Counted from the first letter of the stretch, positions 26,719 through 40,472 are shown. The stretch is 64,000 bases of DNA from Hemiscyllium ocellatum (GCF_020745735.1 NC_083406.1:79089164-79153163), one strand, 5' to 3'. Notes: generated from the sequence alone by a model not told the origin. Made by a program: numbers and translations.

Positions 26719-27437
26719 AAATGAACCTTCCAGCTCAGCGAGCAAACCTACATAGAGAATCTCAACTTAGCTACAAATCTTCTCAAAACACGCTAAGCCA
26801 ACTTAGGTCTGTTCAGGCCCAAAATCAGCATGTCTACAGGTCTGCTCAGGTCCATTTCTGAAAAAACCTTCAGCTTTTCGGTTTTCAAAAATTTTCAGGT
26901 GCATGCGTAAAGGATACCTGACCTATGTATTGCCTCATGTTCAGAGTTGAATTTTTTTATTTTTTTGAAGATTTCCCAGCAGAAGTTTTTTTGTTTTGTT
27001 TTAGTTTCATTGTGTTTTTATCTCTGTCAATTCCTGCTTTCTTTACCAGTCTTTATTCCCTTATCTGCTTCTAATTTATACTTCCTGGTTTAGACTTGCA
27101 TTTCTCTGTGAGGACGCTCAGCCTAAGTGTTTGAGGAGCCTCATTGTTTCTTGCCCACTCGCAAGTGTCCTGCAGAGGCTGCACTGCTGGGTTAGATGTC
27201 TGATGACAGGAAGTCTATGCTTAAAAGTCTGTGTAAATTCTCTGGATAGCTGACAGTTGAATGAAAAGCAAATTCAGTTCCTTCACTTGTGACTGAAAAC
27301 TCTGGAACTGTATGCTTGTGATAAGAATGTTGAGAATGTTTTAAGCTTTCTAATAGTGGCTTCATTTTGCATAACTGAAATATATGTCTGGGTGGATTAT
27401 TTATGAAATTGTTTGAGTTTACTATTTTTCTTTTCAG

Positions 27438-27522
27438 ATTTCCCTGCTGTGAATTGGGTTCTTCAGTTGGATTGTCCAGAGGATGCTAATACTTACATTC
27501 ATAGAGTCGGGAGGACAGCCAG
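27438..27522 (+). CDS. DDX10: DDX10 exon 9: motif VI ([10 protein letters not shown])
   Basis: tttcag acceptor, gtattg donor, 85 bp; [28 protein letters not shown]. Confidence 0.97.
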
Positions 27523-30175
27523 GTATTGTGATAATGTGCAACTATGCATATCAAAATGTCTTATCATTCTCTGGTGAATTCTTATTGTATGGGTTGCTTG
27601 AGTGGATGTGATGTTAACTGGAAAATTATGGATCAAAATGTCCAATTTATTTTTTAAAGATCTTACATTTTCTCTTTTCTAACTAGAAAAATTAATTTCT
27701 TTTATATGTAATGAATATTTATTTACATTGCAAATTTGAATGGTTTTCGTATTTCCAGCATTATGTATTACTATCTGGAAGTAGCAAAAGGAACCAAAAT
27801 AGTGTAAATGAACAGAAAACTTCCTGGTTATGAACTATGCAATAAAAGTAAGCCTGCTGAAAATTAACTTTTATTAATTAGAATGAGGATTTTAATATTT
27901 AAGGTTTTAGTATTTAGTTTAGACATTACTTCCAAAATTTAATTTTAGTTTTTTAAAATTTATTGAACAGGTAAACTTTACTTAATTTCTTGGTTACGAT
28001 TTTATAATTTCAAACTTGAAGTTTTTAAATAAACAAAATTTATTCTTTTGAGTCCAAATTACATCTGGTCAGCCTGGTTCAATTAATTTCCATTCTATAA
28101 CCCAATGAGAAGTTTTTACAGATTCTGAGGCCTTGTAATACAGAAGGAGGCCATTCAACCAATTGTTTCTGTGCCAGCGCTCTGCAAGGACAGTTCACCT
28201 GGTGCCACTTCCCTACATTTTCCATGCTTACAGGTTTGATTAATAAAGGAAAGGCTGACCTGTTTCTTCTCCACTTAATTTAGCCCATTAACTCTAAACC
28301 TTACATAAAATGTTTGATTCTGTGGGTAGACACAATGCACTCTAAAGTTGACAATGTAAGCGTTAAATTTGCATTGCTGAAGAAGAAAATTGAAAATTGT
28401 AAGGTGTAACAGCCACATTTAATCTGAAAAATTGGACATGGTTCAGGGAATTCCAAACACAATCATTTGACCCCTCTTGAACTGTCTTTTTAATGTGCAT
28501 TTTCATTCAGACTTTTCTTTTTTAAAAGTTGTTTTCATTTTAAATAGCTACCAAGTCAAACTGCACAGCATTCACAGTAACATCCGACACAGATAAGTAA
28601 ATTTATTTGGCTGCAACTGATTTCTCTTCTTTGGAAACTGCTGGAGTAAATTCATTCAGTACTTTCTGAATTGAAAGATTAAAGGAGTCGACTGCCATCT
28701 CCACTAAACTCTCAAATGTCGTTGAAAATACAGTTTAGTTTTGTTCTTTTAAGTTTCTAAGTTTCAGAACATGGAAGTGAACCCAAAATCCTGTGATGAA
28801 AAGAAATGAGAGAATGTACTACTGCAAACAAATTTAATCAAGTGATCTAAAGAGCCAGTTAAAATCAAAGATCACACAATTGGAAAAGTTAAGTGATTCG
28901 TGTAATCCTTGTTATTTTCTAAACTCTCTTCAGCTACCATAAGTACTTTTTTTTTTAAACAAACTGAAATGATGAACTGCCAGAACAGTGGTACTTAAAA
29001 ATCCTGATTTGGAACGAAAAGACAGTAACTGAGAAGCAAGAGCAGAAAGCTCATTCCTTTTTATTAAATAGCCAGCTCCATTCATATGCGTCAGCTCTTA
29101 AACTTGTCAAAACACTAAATAAATATTGCCAGAGCCACCAGGTTTAATGCAGCTAATCATTTGCTTTTTTATTTGCTGGCCTAAGGGAAATTTCCATAAT
29201 TGTATCAAAGTGCTTGAAGATTAAATTTATTGCAAAAAGAAACCTGAATTTGATGTTAAATACTTAGAGGATTATGGAGGTTGGGTACGAGTAATAAGGT
29301 TATAATTTAATCATGCATTTGAGAGAATGTCAAGTATGACAGTAAAGCTTGAATTAAATAGTCACAGTACTTTAAAGCTGCACAAACCATTGTATCAAAG
29401 TGAAAACAATTACATGATGAATCATGAAATGACCACTTCAAACCACAGAAGAAAATCATTGTAATTCATCAGCTAGGAGTGGCTTAATAATTTTATATCT
29501 TAAAAGCAAAATTGTTACTTTTAAGAATATATAGAACTAAAGAAATAAAAAGATTAGGCCACGTGGCTTGTTCAGCCATTTATTACCATTGTGATTCTTG
29601 AGTCATAGATTCTTGAAATGCGGTTTAAATCATTGAACATATTTTTGAATCATTTTCAAGATGTTATACTTTGAATATACATTAGAGAAAATAAAGTGAA
29701 TTTTGATCACACTTAATTCACAAATTCCACTGTACGCTTGCGTAATTTTGAAGACATGCAGCAGACCTGCCATTTTTAAATACAGTTTGAGTATCCAGCA
29801 TGTAATAATTCACAAATGTTTTGAACCCTGGGAGAATGTCATAATGGGAGTTGCAGAAGTTATTGTAGAGTCGTAGATCCATTGTCATTTGGAAGCCATG
29901 CCACTGTTTATAAAGAGGTCCAGTCTACCTCATTTGTCAACTCCACCCCCACTTTGGCCTGCAGATTTATTTCTTTCAAGTGTAATTGTAATTTTGTTTT
30001 GAAATCATTGATCATCTTTTTTGTCACCTCCATCATTTTAGTGATTTTCAGGTCATTTACCAATTACTGTATCAATATAGTCTTTGTCCCATTCCCCTGT
30101 TCTCTTGCCTTAAAAGTGGGTTCCAATCATTGCGCAGTCAGCTTTCTCTGTGTACTGTGTGTCAAATGTTGAATA

Positions 30176-30389
30176 CAAAATCCAGGTCCCCCATGTTCGT
30201 GGGTGATACGTTCAAAGGTCCACTGAGGATGCCCAAAACTGTAGATTGTAGCGAACCCTATCATTTAAATGGGAAAGTTACCTCCCTGGCAGCTCCCTGG
30301 AGTTATTTTTGGAACGTTCAATGTAATATTTTCTGGCTGCGGTAAACTGCAGAAACTGAATTTGCTGGTACAGGAGGGGGGTTCTACTG
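30176..30389. mobile_element. Old pogo/Tigger-like MITE remnant
   Basis: Ends ...ggggggttctactg-TA; internal gatacgttc...ggatgccc.aaac...gaacccta resembles Tigger-derived MITEs; left TIR decayed. Confidence 0.55.
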
Positions 30390-31479
30390 TAATGAACAAA
30401 TTACTGATTTGCATAAGTCATTGTCTATTCACCCAACTTGCTGTGTATGAAATAGCATACTTCTGCATGGTAAATAAGCACAAGTTTTATTTTAGTGATG
30501 CACATCAGTAAACTTTGTTTCCGGATAGGAAGAGTACAGGTTCTTCTGCCATAATGTGTGTTTCATCAGCACACGTTGGCTGTAACATGCTTGACAAATT
30601 GTGGATATTGTTTGGATTAAGCAAACCTCCTACTAAGCAGATAGTGTTATTTTTATTTGCAATCTTCTACAGTGCGATTTTCTATAGCGTGAGATTGCAG
30701 AGGAACATGATTGTTGCTTTATAGCAGAACGAACTGTAGCTGAAATTCTAACAAATCAACAGAGTAAGACATATGTCCATAGTATTTGCAAGTTGTAATT
30801 TTTGAATGTATTTGGTAACTAATCTGGGAGGAATTTCTTCCTTTAATGGAATACTGTTTTAACACAAGGCATAAAAAATTTAGTTGGGCACAATATTGCA
30901 AAAATAAGAGTGTTGTACCTGAAAAACTGATGTATCTGAAAGGAATGGTGTAGAAAAGTTTGCAAGAAGACCATTGTATCTAATAGTTGAAAATTTTCAT
31001 GTAAAAATTGAATAGAATGCAAAACAGATCTAATTTTTAATGTGAAAATGTGTGCTTCAAAGTTTAATTCCACAGATAAATATTTTCTAAATAAATTGTA
31101 GCAGATGATGGAATTTGAATTCAATAAAAACTTGGAATTAAAAGTTGAATGAAACCATTGTCGATTTTCAAGAAAACCTATTTAGTTCACCGATGCCCTT
31201 TTATGGAAGGAAACTCCTGTCCTTACCTGGTTTGGCCTAAATATGACTCCAGACTCACAGCAATGTGGTTGACTCTCTGAGCAGTTTAGAGATGGGCAAT
31301 GAATGTTGTCTTAGCCAGTGATGCCCACATCCTGCAAGTGAATTTTAATAAAAACATTTTATTATTATTTCTTCATGGAAAGTGAGAGTAACTGACCAGC
31401 ATTTGCTGCTGACTTCTAATTGCTGTTGAACTGAATGGCATCCTAGATCTTTTCAGTGAGCAGTTACCACGTAAGTATT

Positions 31480-32300
31480 TTTTTCCATTCGTCGGATGTG
31501 GTCATTGCTGGATGGGCTAACAGTTATTACCTGTCCTTCCTTACCCTTGAGAAGGTGGTGGTGAACTGCCTTCTTGAATCACTGCAATCCATTCGGTGTC
31601 AGTGCAGTCAGGGAGGGAGTTCCAAGATTTTGATCCAATGACATTGAAGGAAGAGCAAAGTATTTCTAAGGCAGGCTGATGAGTGGCTTGGCAGGAACCT
31701 GTCATGGTTGTGTTCCCATGTACCTGCTGTTCTCCTCCTTCTAGATGTTAGTGGTTATGGATTTGGAAGGTGCTATCTCAGGTACTTTGGTGAATGGCTG
31801 CAGTGCATCTTCAGTTGGTAAGCACTGCTGCTACAGTATGTCAGAGTTGGAGGGTATGATATTTGTCGATTTGGTGCAAGTCAAGTAGGTCACTTTCTCT
31901 GAGATAGGGCTACGTTGCTTGAATAGTGTCAGAGCTGCACTCACTCGGAAAAGTGAGGAGTGTTCTGTCATACTCCTGATTTGCGTCTGGTAGATGGTAG
32001 GCTGTCTTTGGGAAGTAAAGAAATGAGTTATTTGCTGCAGGGTTTCAAGTTTCTGACTTGCTCTTCTGGTCACAATATTTATATGGCTAATCCAAATATA
32101 TTTCTGATCAATGGTAATCCCCAAGATGTTGTTTGTATATAACAATGCATTTGAATGTCAACAGTTGATGGTTAAATTCTTCCTTGTTGAATGGAGATGG
32201 TCATTGCTTGGTGCTTGTACTTGCCGTTGTCAGCCCAAGTCTGAATATAGTTCAAATCCTGCTGCTTTTGGACATGAACATTCCACAGTCAACACTAAGC
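31480..32300 (-). mobile_element. Degenerate CR1/L2-group LINE RT C-terminus and 3' end
   Basis: Minus ORF ILGITIDQKYIW.SHI...ASQKL...TIYQTQIRSMTEHSS. Confidence 0.7.
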
Positions 32301-33142
32301 ATTCTCATTTCTTACCTTATGGCAGAGTTGCATGTAGGCCAGACCAGGTAAGGATAAAAGATTCCCTTCCCTGAAGGACATTAGTGAGCTAGATGGGTGT
32401 TTTGGTATAATTTTGGTGCACCACTGTGCAAACTATTATATTTTCTTGTGATTATAAATGAACTAGTTGTATTTCACCTTAATTATCTACTTAATTTTAA
32501 AATTTACATGCTTCTACTCTAATTTTCCCCCATCCTCCAAAAGAATCTGTAACCTCCTCCACTCTTACCAGCATCTGAGATTTCTGACCACAACATTCTG
32601 GCTTCATGTGCACTCCAATCTTTATTTCTCCACCATAAATTTTAAACCCTATCTCTTTTGATAAGCTTTCAGTCACTTTTTCTAATATTGCATGTGGCTT
32701 ATCTAAATTTTTTGATCACCAGACTACGAAATGCCTTGCCAATAGTTTACTTATTGAAAGGACTATATAAATGCTTATTGTCATTGGTCAGTGTTAAAGT
32801 GGAACTAGATAAATCTTATAAGTTGTGGGTTAAATAGCAATGAAAACATTTTGTAAAAAAGATGTTTTATCCACTATCAAGCTAGATGAAGGAAATGGGA
32901 AAGCACAAGAGCTTCCTGATAATCTTGTATCAGATTATATTATATTAGATTGTTCTAATCTAATCCAAATCAAAATGATATAATTTTGATTCAGCCTGTT
33001 TTCTTTCCCCCAAAATTTATTGAATGGAAGTGGTGCAGTGCTTGTCTTGATTGTGGGATAATCTAGGTGCTGTGTCCTAGAAACTAATCTCATCAATCCT
33101 TTGTCGCATATTTGATCTGCAGACAAGATGCGTTAGCATATA

Positions 33143-33280
33143 GAATCATAGAATCCCTACAGTATGGAAACAGGCCCTTTGGCCCAGCAAGTCCACACCG
33201 GCCCTCCGAAGAGTGTCCCACCCAGACCTATTCCCCTATTACTCTACATTTACCCCTGACTATTGCACCTTACCTGTAGA
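33143..33280 (-). mobile_element. 3' part of HE1-type SINE
   Basis: Matches 35875-35990 and 45290-45400. Confidence 0.75.
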
Positions 33281-33326
33281 TGAATGTGGATATTAATTTA
33301 TATAGTAAGTGAGAATAAATGCTTGA

Positions 33327-35398
33327 CAATGACGGCTAGAAAATGGGAACCCTTCAGAAATGTAATAATGAGAGTCCAGAAACAGTATATTCCTGTTAGA
33401 GTGAAAGGGAAGGCTGGTTGGTACAGGGAATGCTGGATGACAAAAGAAATTGAGGATTTGGTTAAGACAGGTGCAGGCGCGATAGATTGAGTGAATCCTT
33501 AGAGTATAGTGGCAGTAGGAGTATACTTACGAGGGAAATCAGGAGAGCAAAAAGGGGACATGATATAGCTTTGGCAAATAGAGTTAAGTAAAATCCAAAG
33601 GGTTTTTACAAATATATTAGGGACAAAAGGCTAACTAGGGAGAGCATAGGCCTCCTCAAAGATCAGCAAGGTGGCCTTTGTGTGGAGCCACAGAAATTGG
33701 GGGAGAACTTAAACGAGTATTTGTATCAGCATTTACTGTGGAGAAGGATATGGAAGATACAGAATGTAGGGAAATAGTTGGTGCAATCTTGAAAAATGTC
33801 CATATTACAGAGGAGGAAGTGCTGGATGTCTTGAAATGCATAAAGGTGGAAAAATTCCCAGGACCTGATCAGGTGTAGCCTCGAACTCTGGGAGGCGAGG
33901 GAAGTGATTGCTGGGCTTCTTAGTGAAATATTTGTATAATCAGTAGTCCCAGGTGAGGTGCTGGAAGACTGGAGGTTGGCTAACGTGGTGCCACTGTTTA
34001 AGAAAGGTGGTAAGGACAAGCCAGGGAACTTTGGTTAGTGAGCCTGACGTCATTGGTGGGCAAGTAGTTGGAGGGAATCCTGAGGAACAGGATATACATG
34101 TATTTGGAAAGGCAAGGACTGATTAGAGAGAGTCAACATGCCTTTGTGCATGGGAAATCATGTCTCATGAACTTGATTGAGTTTTTTGAATAAATAACAG
34201 AAAGGATTGATGAGGGCAGAACAGTAGATGTGATTTATATGGACTTCAGTGAGGTGTTCAATAAGGTTCCCCATTGGAGACTGGTGAGCAAGGTTCAATC
34301 TCGGAATGCAGGGAGAACTAGCCATTTGGATATAGAACTGGCTCAAAGGTCGAAGACGGTGGGTGGTGGTGGAGGGTTGTTTATCAGACTGGAGGCCTGT
34401 GACCAGTGGAGTGCTACAAGGATTGGTGCTGGGTCGACTTCTTTTTGTCATTTACATAAATGATTTGAATATGAGCATAAGAGGTGCAGTTAGTAAGTTT
34501 GCAGATGATGCCAAAATTGGAGGTGTAGTGGACAGCGAAGAATGCTACCTCAGATTACAATGGGATCTTGATCAGATGGGCCAATGGGCTGAGAAGTGGC
34601 AGATGGAGTTTAAAGCAGATAAATGTGAGGTGCAGCATTTTGGAAAAGCAAATCTTAGCAGGACTTAATGGTAAGATGCTAGGGAGTATTGCTGAACAAA
34701 GAGACCTTGGAGTGCAGATTCATAGCCCCTTGAAAGTGGCGTCACAGGTAGATAGGATAGTGAAGAAGGCATTTGGTATGCTTTCCTTTATTGGTCAGAT
34801 ATTGAGTACAAGAGTTGGGAGATCATGTTGTGGCTGTACAGGACTTTGGTTTGGCCACTGTTAGAATATTGCGTGCAATTCTGGTCTCCTTCCTATTGGA
34901 AAGATGTTGTGAAACTTGAAAGGGTTCAGAAAAGATTTACAAGGATGTTGCCAGGGTTGGAGGATTTGAGCTATAGGGAGAGGCTGAACAGGCTGGGGCT
35001 GTTTTCCCTGGAGCATTGGCGGCTGAGAGGTGACCTTATAGAGGTTTATAAAATCATGAGGGGCATGGATCGGGTAAAAAGACAGTCTTTTCCCTGGGGT
35101 GGGGAAGTCCAGAACTAGAGGGCATAGGTTTAAGGTGAGAGGGGAGAGATATGAGATCTGAGGGGCAACTTGTTCACATAGAGGGTGGTATGTGTATGGA
35201 ATGAACTGCCAAAGGAAGTGGTGGAGGCTAGTACAATTGCAACATTTTAAAACGCATTTGGATGGGTATATGAGTAGGAAGGGTTTGAAGGGATATGGGC
35301 CAGGTGCTGGCAGGTGGGACTAGATTTTGGTTGGGATATCTGGTCAGCATGGACAGGTTGGGCCAAAGGGTTTGTTTCCTTGCTGTACATCTCTATGA
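33327..35398 (+). mobile_element. CR1-type LINE, 5'-truncated ORF2 (RT) with stops and frameshifts
   Basis: [39 protein letters not shown]...SKFADD.KIG, LYRTLV.PLLEYCVQFWSP. Confidence 0.95.
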
Positions 35399-35869
35399 CA
35401 GTCCACAATTATCTATTACAATGGCTCTGAGGATGATCATTTGACTCATGAACTTTGCATTGGCATTTTTTTTTTAAGAACAATCCTGTTTGTCCTGATC
35501 TCCTTTTGAGTATTGAATATTTATTCAGTTTGCTTTTAAAGTTGATATATTGAATCTATTTTCCACACTAGCAACAGGCAGTGTATTTTAAATCCTAACC
35601 ACATATTTTGTAAACAAGTTCCTCCTTACGTTCACAAAAGAAAGTAGTTCCTTATGTTTGATCTGGTTCTTTTGCTTCTATCTATGATCCCTGGTGGTTG
35701 AGCTTTCAGCCATTGGAAACAGTTCTCTTTATCCATTCTATGGGGATCAGATTAGTTCAGTTGATTGTGATGCAAGTTCAGTCAGTAACTTTTGGCTGTG
35801 GTAGTTCATAGTTTGCTCTTTGGTTCATGTGGAGTGATGCTCTCAACAAAGGCAGAGATGACTTCTTGA

Positions 35870-36170
35870 CTCCATACAGTGTGGAAACAGGCCCTTCGGC
35901 CCAACAAGTCCACACCGACCCTCTGAAGAGTACCCATTCCCCATTACTCTAATTTACCCCTGACTAATACACCTAATCTACACATCCCTGAACACTATGG
36001 GAAATTTAGCATGGCCAATTCACTGAATCTGCACATCTTTAGATTGTGGGAGGAAACCCACGCAGACACTGGGAGAATGTGTAAACTCTACACAGTCGCC
36101 CGAGACTGGAATTGAACCCGGGTCCGTGGCACTGTGAGGCAGCAGTGCTATCCACTGAGCCATTGTGCCA
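35870..36170 (-). mobile_element. HE1-type tRNA-derived V-SINE
   Basis: Minus strand tggcacaatggctcagtggatagc (A box) ... gggttcaattcc (B box), V-core tgtgtagagtttacacattctccc, LINE-like 3' tail. Confidence 0.85.
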
Positions 36171-38565
36171 ACTATAGCGCTAAATAAGTTGTTCTATTTT
36201 TTTCCACAGACTCTGTTGCAATTTTAAACTCCTCTGTTTAGTTTACTTTTAATTGTCTTTGCATGCAAAGACAAAAAGGACTGTTTATGCAGTCTGTCTT
36301 GATAAATTTAATCCTTAAGCCCCAGAATAATTTCAGTCGATTTCTTCTCCAAAACCTTCAAGTCCTACTGTGGTGTGATGCCCAGAATTGGACACAGTGC
36401 TCTAACTGGGACCAGCTAGTGTATTAATAAAGATATATTATAATTTCATGGTTTCTGTACTCTTTGTCTTCATCTTTATGGTCTTCTCTCTGCCTGTTGG
36501 CAGATCCATGGCTTGTCTACCAATGCCTCATCTAGAACCCTTTTGTTGGTCATGATTTTTCTGCAGTGCTGATTTACCATGCTATTCTACACTGTCTCTA
36601 TTTATAAAATCTCAGATCTGTATCTGTATTAATAGGTTTCTTAATCTGTTCGACCACCTTTAAAGATCTGTACATAAATCTCCAAATCCAATATGTTGTT
36701 GCATCCCCTTTTAATAATTTATTGCAAGCTTGAATTGTCTCTTCCCAGTCTTCTTTCTAAAGCTTATTACCTTCTATTGTTTGCACTGAATTAAATTTAC
36801 CATGTGTCGGTGTGTATCACAACCTGCTCTCAATGTTTTATACAAATTCCTGTGTCTTAACTTAAGAATGTGGTGAAAAGCTTTGTTATCTAGCAATCTT
36901 TTATTTCAGTATACTTTTACTTGCTCCTTCCTTATCTTGTAGTAAAGTATTTTCCTTCTAGATTGGTCTGTGTCCTTCATAACTAAATATTTTGATGCTA
37001 TGGACACTATTCCTAAGAGAGCTGTGCCGTGATGACCTCATCATTTCATGTTTTCAAATGATTATTTGCCCATATAGCTCATCATTTTCACAAATGCACT
37101 TCAAACTTGATTTGACAGATACTGTATTTATTTTTCCACCTAATTGCATGCTGTTTCTTAGAATCGTTGGCTGATTTATGCTATTTTATTCAACATCTTT
37201 GTTTTTAGCCCCCTGCTGCATGAGCTTGGTTGACCTGCTTGCCAACATGTTTTGCGTTTTTCTTTGCACCAGTATAATTAATTAATGCAAATATAGCCTT
37301 TGTCAAAAGTCAGGAATTTTACTGCTCCAGCAAAGTATTGGACAGTTTGGATCAATCATACATTTGCATCAGGTTTAGTGAATGAAAGCTAAATTTGTAA
37401 CATGAATGTACTGCAGGAGGTTGATTTTGAATCCGGTGTTTTCATTTTATTGTGTTAAATAATGTGTGGATGCTTTCCTCAGTTAGGGGAAAAAAAAGAA
37501 TTGTTTAAAAATTTAAGTTTGTAACTTATTTTGAAAAGAAGCTGAGGAATAATTAAGGTAGCTACCAGGTATTTAGAACCTCTAACAGTAAAGCTTCACT
37601 TAAGTTCTCTCGCCGACATTTGAAGAAATTTTGTCAGTTTTTATCTCTGCTGACAGGTATGGTTAATAACGTCAATGTTTTCTTTTTTGCAAATAAAGAG
37701 GATTCTTTGAGCTGCTTTTCACAGATAAAATTGGGTTTTATTTTCCTGTTCTGTGATGGATATTGCTGTGATCGTAGATGTGATTTGTGTTTGCATACTT
37801 ATTTCATTATCAGTCACAATTTTATTCTGTGAAAATGTCTGCCTTTCTTTGAATATACTTTGTGACTTTTGTAATTGTCTGTTTGTGTACTTGAAAGTGT
37901 TGGTGTTTAAGATCATTTGACAAAAGTGAGTGCTGCAATGTTTCTCTTTGCAGTCTGAGACATTATAGCATTTACTTGTTATCCTTCACTGAACCTCTAA
38001 TATAGTGGCATTGTATAATAAATAGTTTACCTTTTATATGAACTCATGATCCTAAAGACAGTCAGTCTTAAAGCTTTGATTCAGTGAGGACTAATTGAAT
38101 TATATTAAACTGCAATATAATCTCCCAGACCACTGAAATGACTAAACTGTGGGAACTTCTGTTAGTTTAAAACTGTGGAATGCCCAAATAGCCATTATTC
38201 TATGAAGCTTGGCAAGAGCAGAGTTGATCCAACCCATTGGAAATATTTGCAGTTTTGTAGTAAGACTAATGTCAAAAATAATTTGTGCTATTTAGCTGTG
38301 TTCTTTGCCTTTGGTTTTAATTATTTAATGGGCTGCTGATTAAATTGAAGAGTATATAATAGTAGATATGTTATTTTTGTAAAGTTCTTTGAGTGTCTTA
38401 GACCTACTAAGGTGCATTATAAATAAACACATTTTTTAACTTGTAAAAAGGGAGATGGAGAGGATAAACTTTTTTTTATTGTTGCTGTTTTGATTTATTA
38501 TATTCAGTTGATGTGAGTCTAAGTATAGATTATTATTTAAACACAATGGCTACTTAATATTTCAG

Positions 38566-38667
38566 GTACAAGGAAGGTGGTGAAGCATTGTTAGTATTAC
38601 TTCCATCTGAAGAGAAAGCCATAGTGAAACAGCTGGAGGAGAAAAAAATCCCCGTCAACGAAATAAA
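38566..38667 (+). CDS. DDX10: DDX10 exon 10
   Basis: tttcag acceptor, gtaatt donor, 102 bp; YKEGGEALLVLLPSEEKAIVKQLEEKKIPVNEI. Confidence 0.95.
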
Positions 38668-39605
38668 GTAATTTTTTTCAGTTTATTAAGGTCAAGAACT
38701 AAACTGTGGCTATTATAAGATGATATATAAATATATGCATCGCCTAAAATGGTGTTAAGTTGAAGACAGTGCACTAAGTAAACTTGATCTTTCTTTGAAA
38801 TGTTTCAAAAATGGATGTTTGCTGATGTAGTTTTGATAATTCTGGTTTTAGGATTTATTTTTAAACTTTAGAGATTGATGTTTGCCTTGTCGAGGAAGCA
38901 ATTTGTTTTGTAAGAAAAAGGCTCAAGATGTTGATAAGTATGCTATTGTGAATAAAGCATCTCCCAAGTGGGGTCACAAAAGCTGCATTATCATTCAAAC
39001 GGAAATCTGAAATAAGTTTGGAATTCATCATCCTCATTGTTATGGATTCACACATGGAATGCTAAATTAAATATGCAGTTTAAAATTACCTCCAAGTTTA
39101 AATTCATGTAGTCTTGGTAATCCTAATTTGTTTCTTTCCAAATCTGAAGCATTACTTAGTAGGTTTTCTGTAGTTTAAGTACTTGTTTCACCATGCTGAA
39201 GCAGATTTCATGAGATGGTGCTGAGCTGAGAGGTTCCTTGAGTCTGTTTCAGTTTGATTGATACAAAAGATTTAGCAGGTGGAGAGTGCAGGGAGATATT
39301 CCTAAAATAAGGCAGTACAGTCTCATTGCACACCATTTGAGATGGTTGTCAAATTTCATATTGTTTCCTTTGGCAGGAGCCCTCTCAGATTAGAGATTTT
39401 CCAAACTTTTTAGATATAAAATCTGCTGGAGCGATAGCTTATAAGTATTTGGTTTTGCTAAATTGATGTGTTCAGATCGCTTTGCATTATACAATATTAT
39501 TTGTTTATTTTGCTATTAAATTTGCTGATTACAGATGTGTAATTGATCCAAACTAAGCCCCGTCCCATTTTACACTGAACTGAAAATCAAACACACTATC
39601 TCCTC

Positions 39606-39729
39606 AAGGTTTGTGCAAAGATTTGTAGCTCGGGTGCTCGTTGTTGTGGTTCTGTTCGCCGAGCTGGAAGTTTTTGTTGCACCAAAATCTGCAACAAAAA
39701 CTTCCAGCTCAGCGAACAGAACCACAACA
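39606..39729. mobile_element. 124-bp hairpin PLE-derived insertion with 16-bp TSD
   Basis: Arms 39642-39681 / 39690-39729 (1 mismatch); 36-nt tail; aacacactatctcctc at 39590-39605 and 39726-39741. Confidence 0.9.
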
Positions 39730-40254
39730 CACTATCTCCTCTTTCATAAAGGTCAGCTACTTTTCTTTGTACGCATCTCTGCCCCGGCTGGGTTTTGTGC
39801 TCCTGTTATCTTTCTGTTCCAAATTTTCCAATATATTCTTCCATAAACTCAAATTTATCCAATGTTTTGTTACCCATTATGTAACAGTTGCCAAGTCTTG
39901 TTGTCCCTGCATCCCTTTGTTCATTGGCTTTTGATCCAACAGTGGATTCTCAGTCCTTGTGTTTAAAAGACCTCCATAACCTTATTCCTCCTTATCCTTG
40001 CTCAACAAACATCTGAGATCTTTGTCCTTTAATTCTGGCCACTTACAACTTTGTACCTCTGGCTGTCCATACCTTGAGCTGTGAAATTCCCTCCCTAAAA
40101 CATTGCCATTTCATTGATCTCTCAAATTGCATTCCTTAATCTTTAGCTCTTTACCCTGAGCTGACATCATAGATCACACATTTATTTTCATATCCTTGTG
40201 GATAATTGAACAATGAAAATAGATGTATGTTATCCCGGGCTAAAGATCAGGATA

Positions 40255-40472
40255 GGAGAAAGTGAGGACTGCAGATGCTGGAGATCAGAGCTGAAAATGT
40301 GTTGCTGGAAAAGCGCAGCAGGTCAGGCAGCATCCAAAGAGCAGGAGAATCGACGTTTCGGGCATGAGCCCTTCTTCAAGAAAGAAGAAGGGCTCATGCC
40401 CGAAACGTCGATTCTCCTGCTCTTTGGATGCTGCCTGACCTGCTGCGCTTTTCCAGCAACACATTTTCAGCT
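40255..40472. mobile_element. 218-bp hairpin PLE (family A-like) insertion with 16-bp TSD
   Basis: Perfect 89-bp arms 40289-40377 / 40384-40472, 6-nt loop, 34-nt tail; gctaa(a/g)gatcaggata at 40239-40254 and 40470-40485. Confidence 0.92.

Larger units (their letters stand above)
25626..26795. mobile_element. Fold-back Poseidon-type pLTR insertion, interrupted by a MITE
   Basis: 25626-25837 is inverted relative to 25856-25951 plus 26638-26753, followed by the tail ...ctacaaatcttctcaaaa; related to 11970-12180. Confidence 0.85.

Noticed and set aside
33327-35398. Active autonomous LINE
   Set aside because: 5'-truncated with many stops and frameshifts; the same holds for every TE ORF in the window
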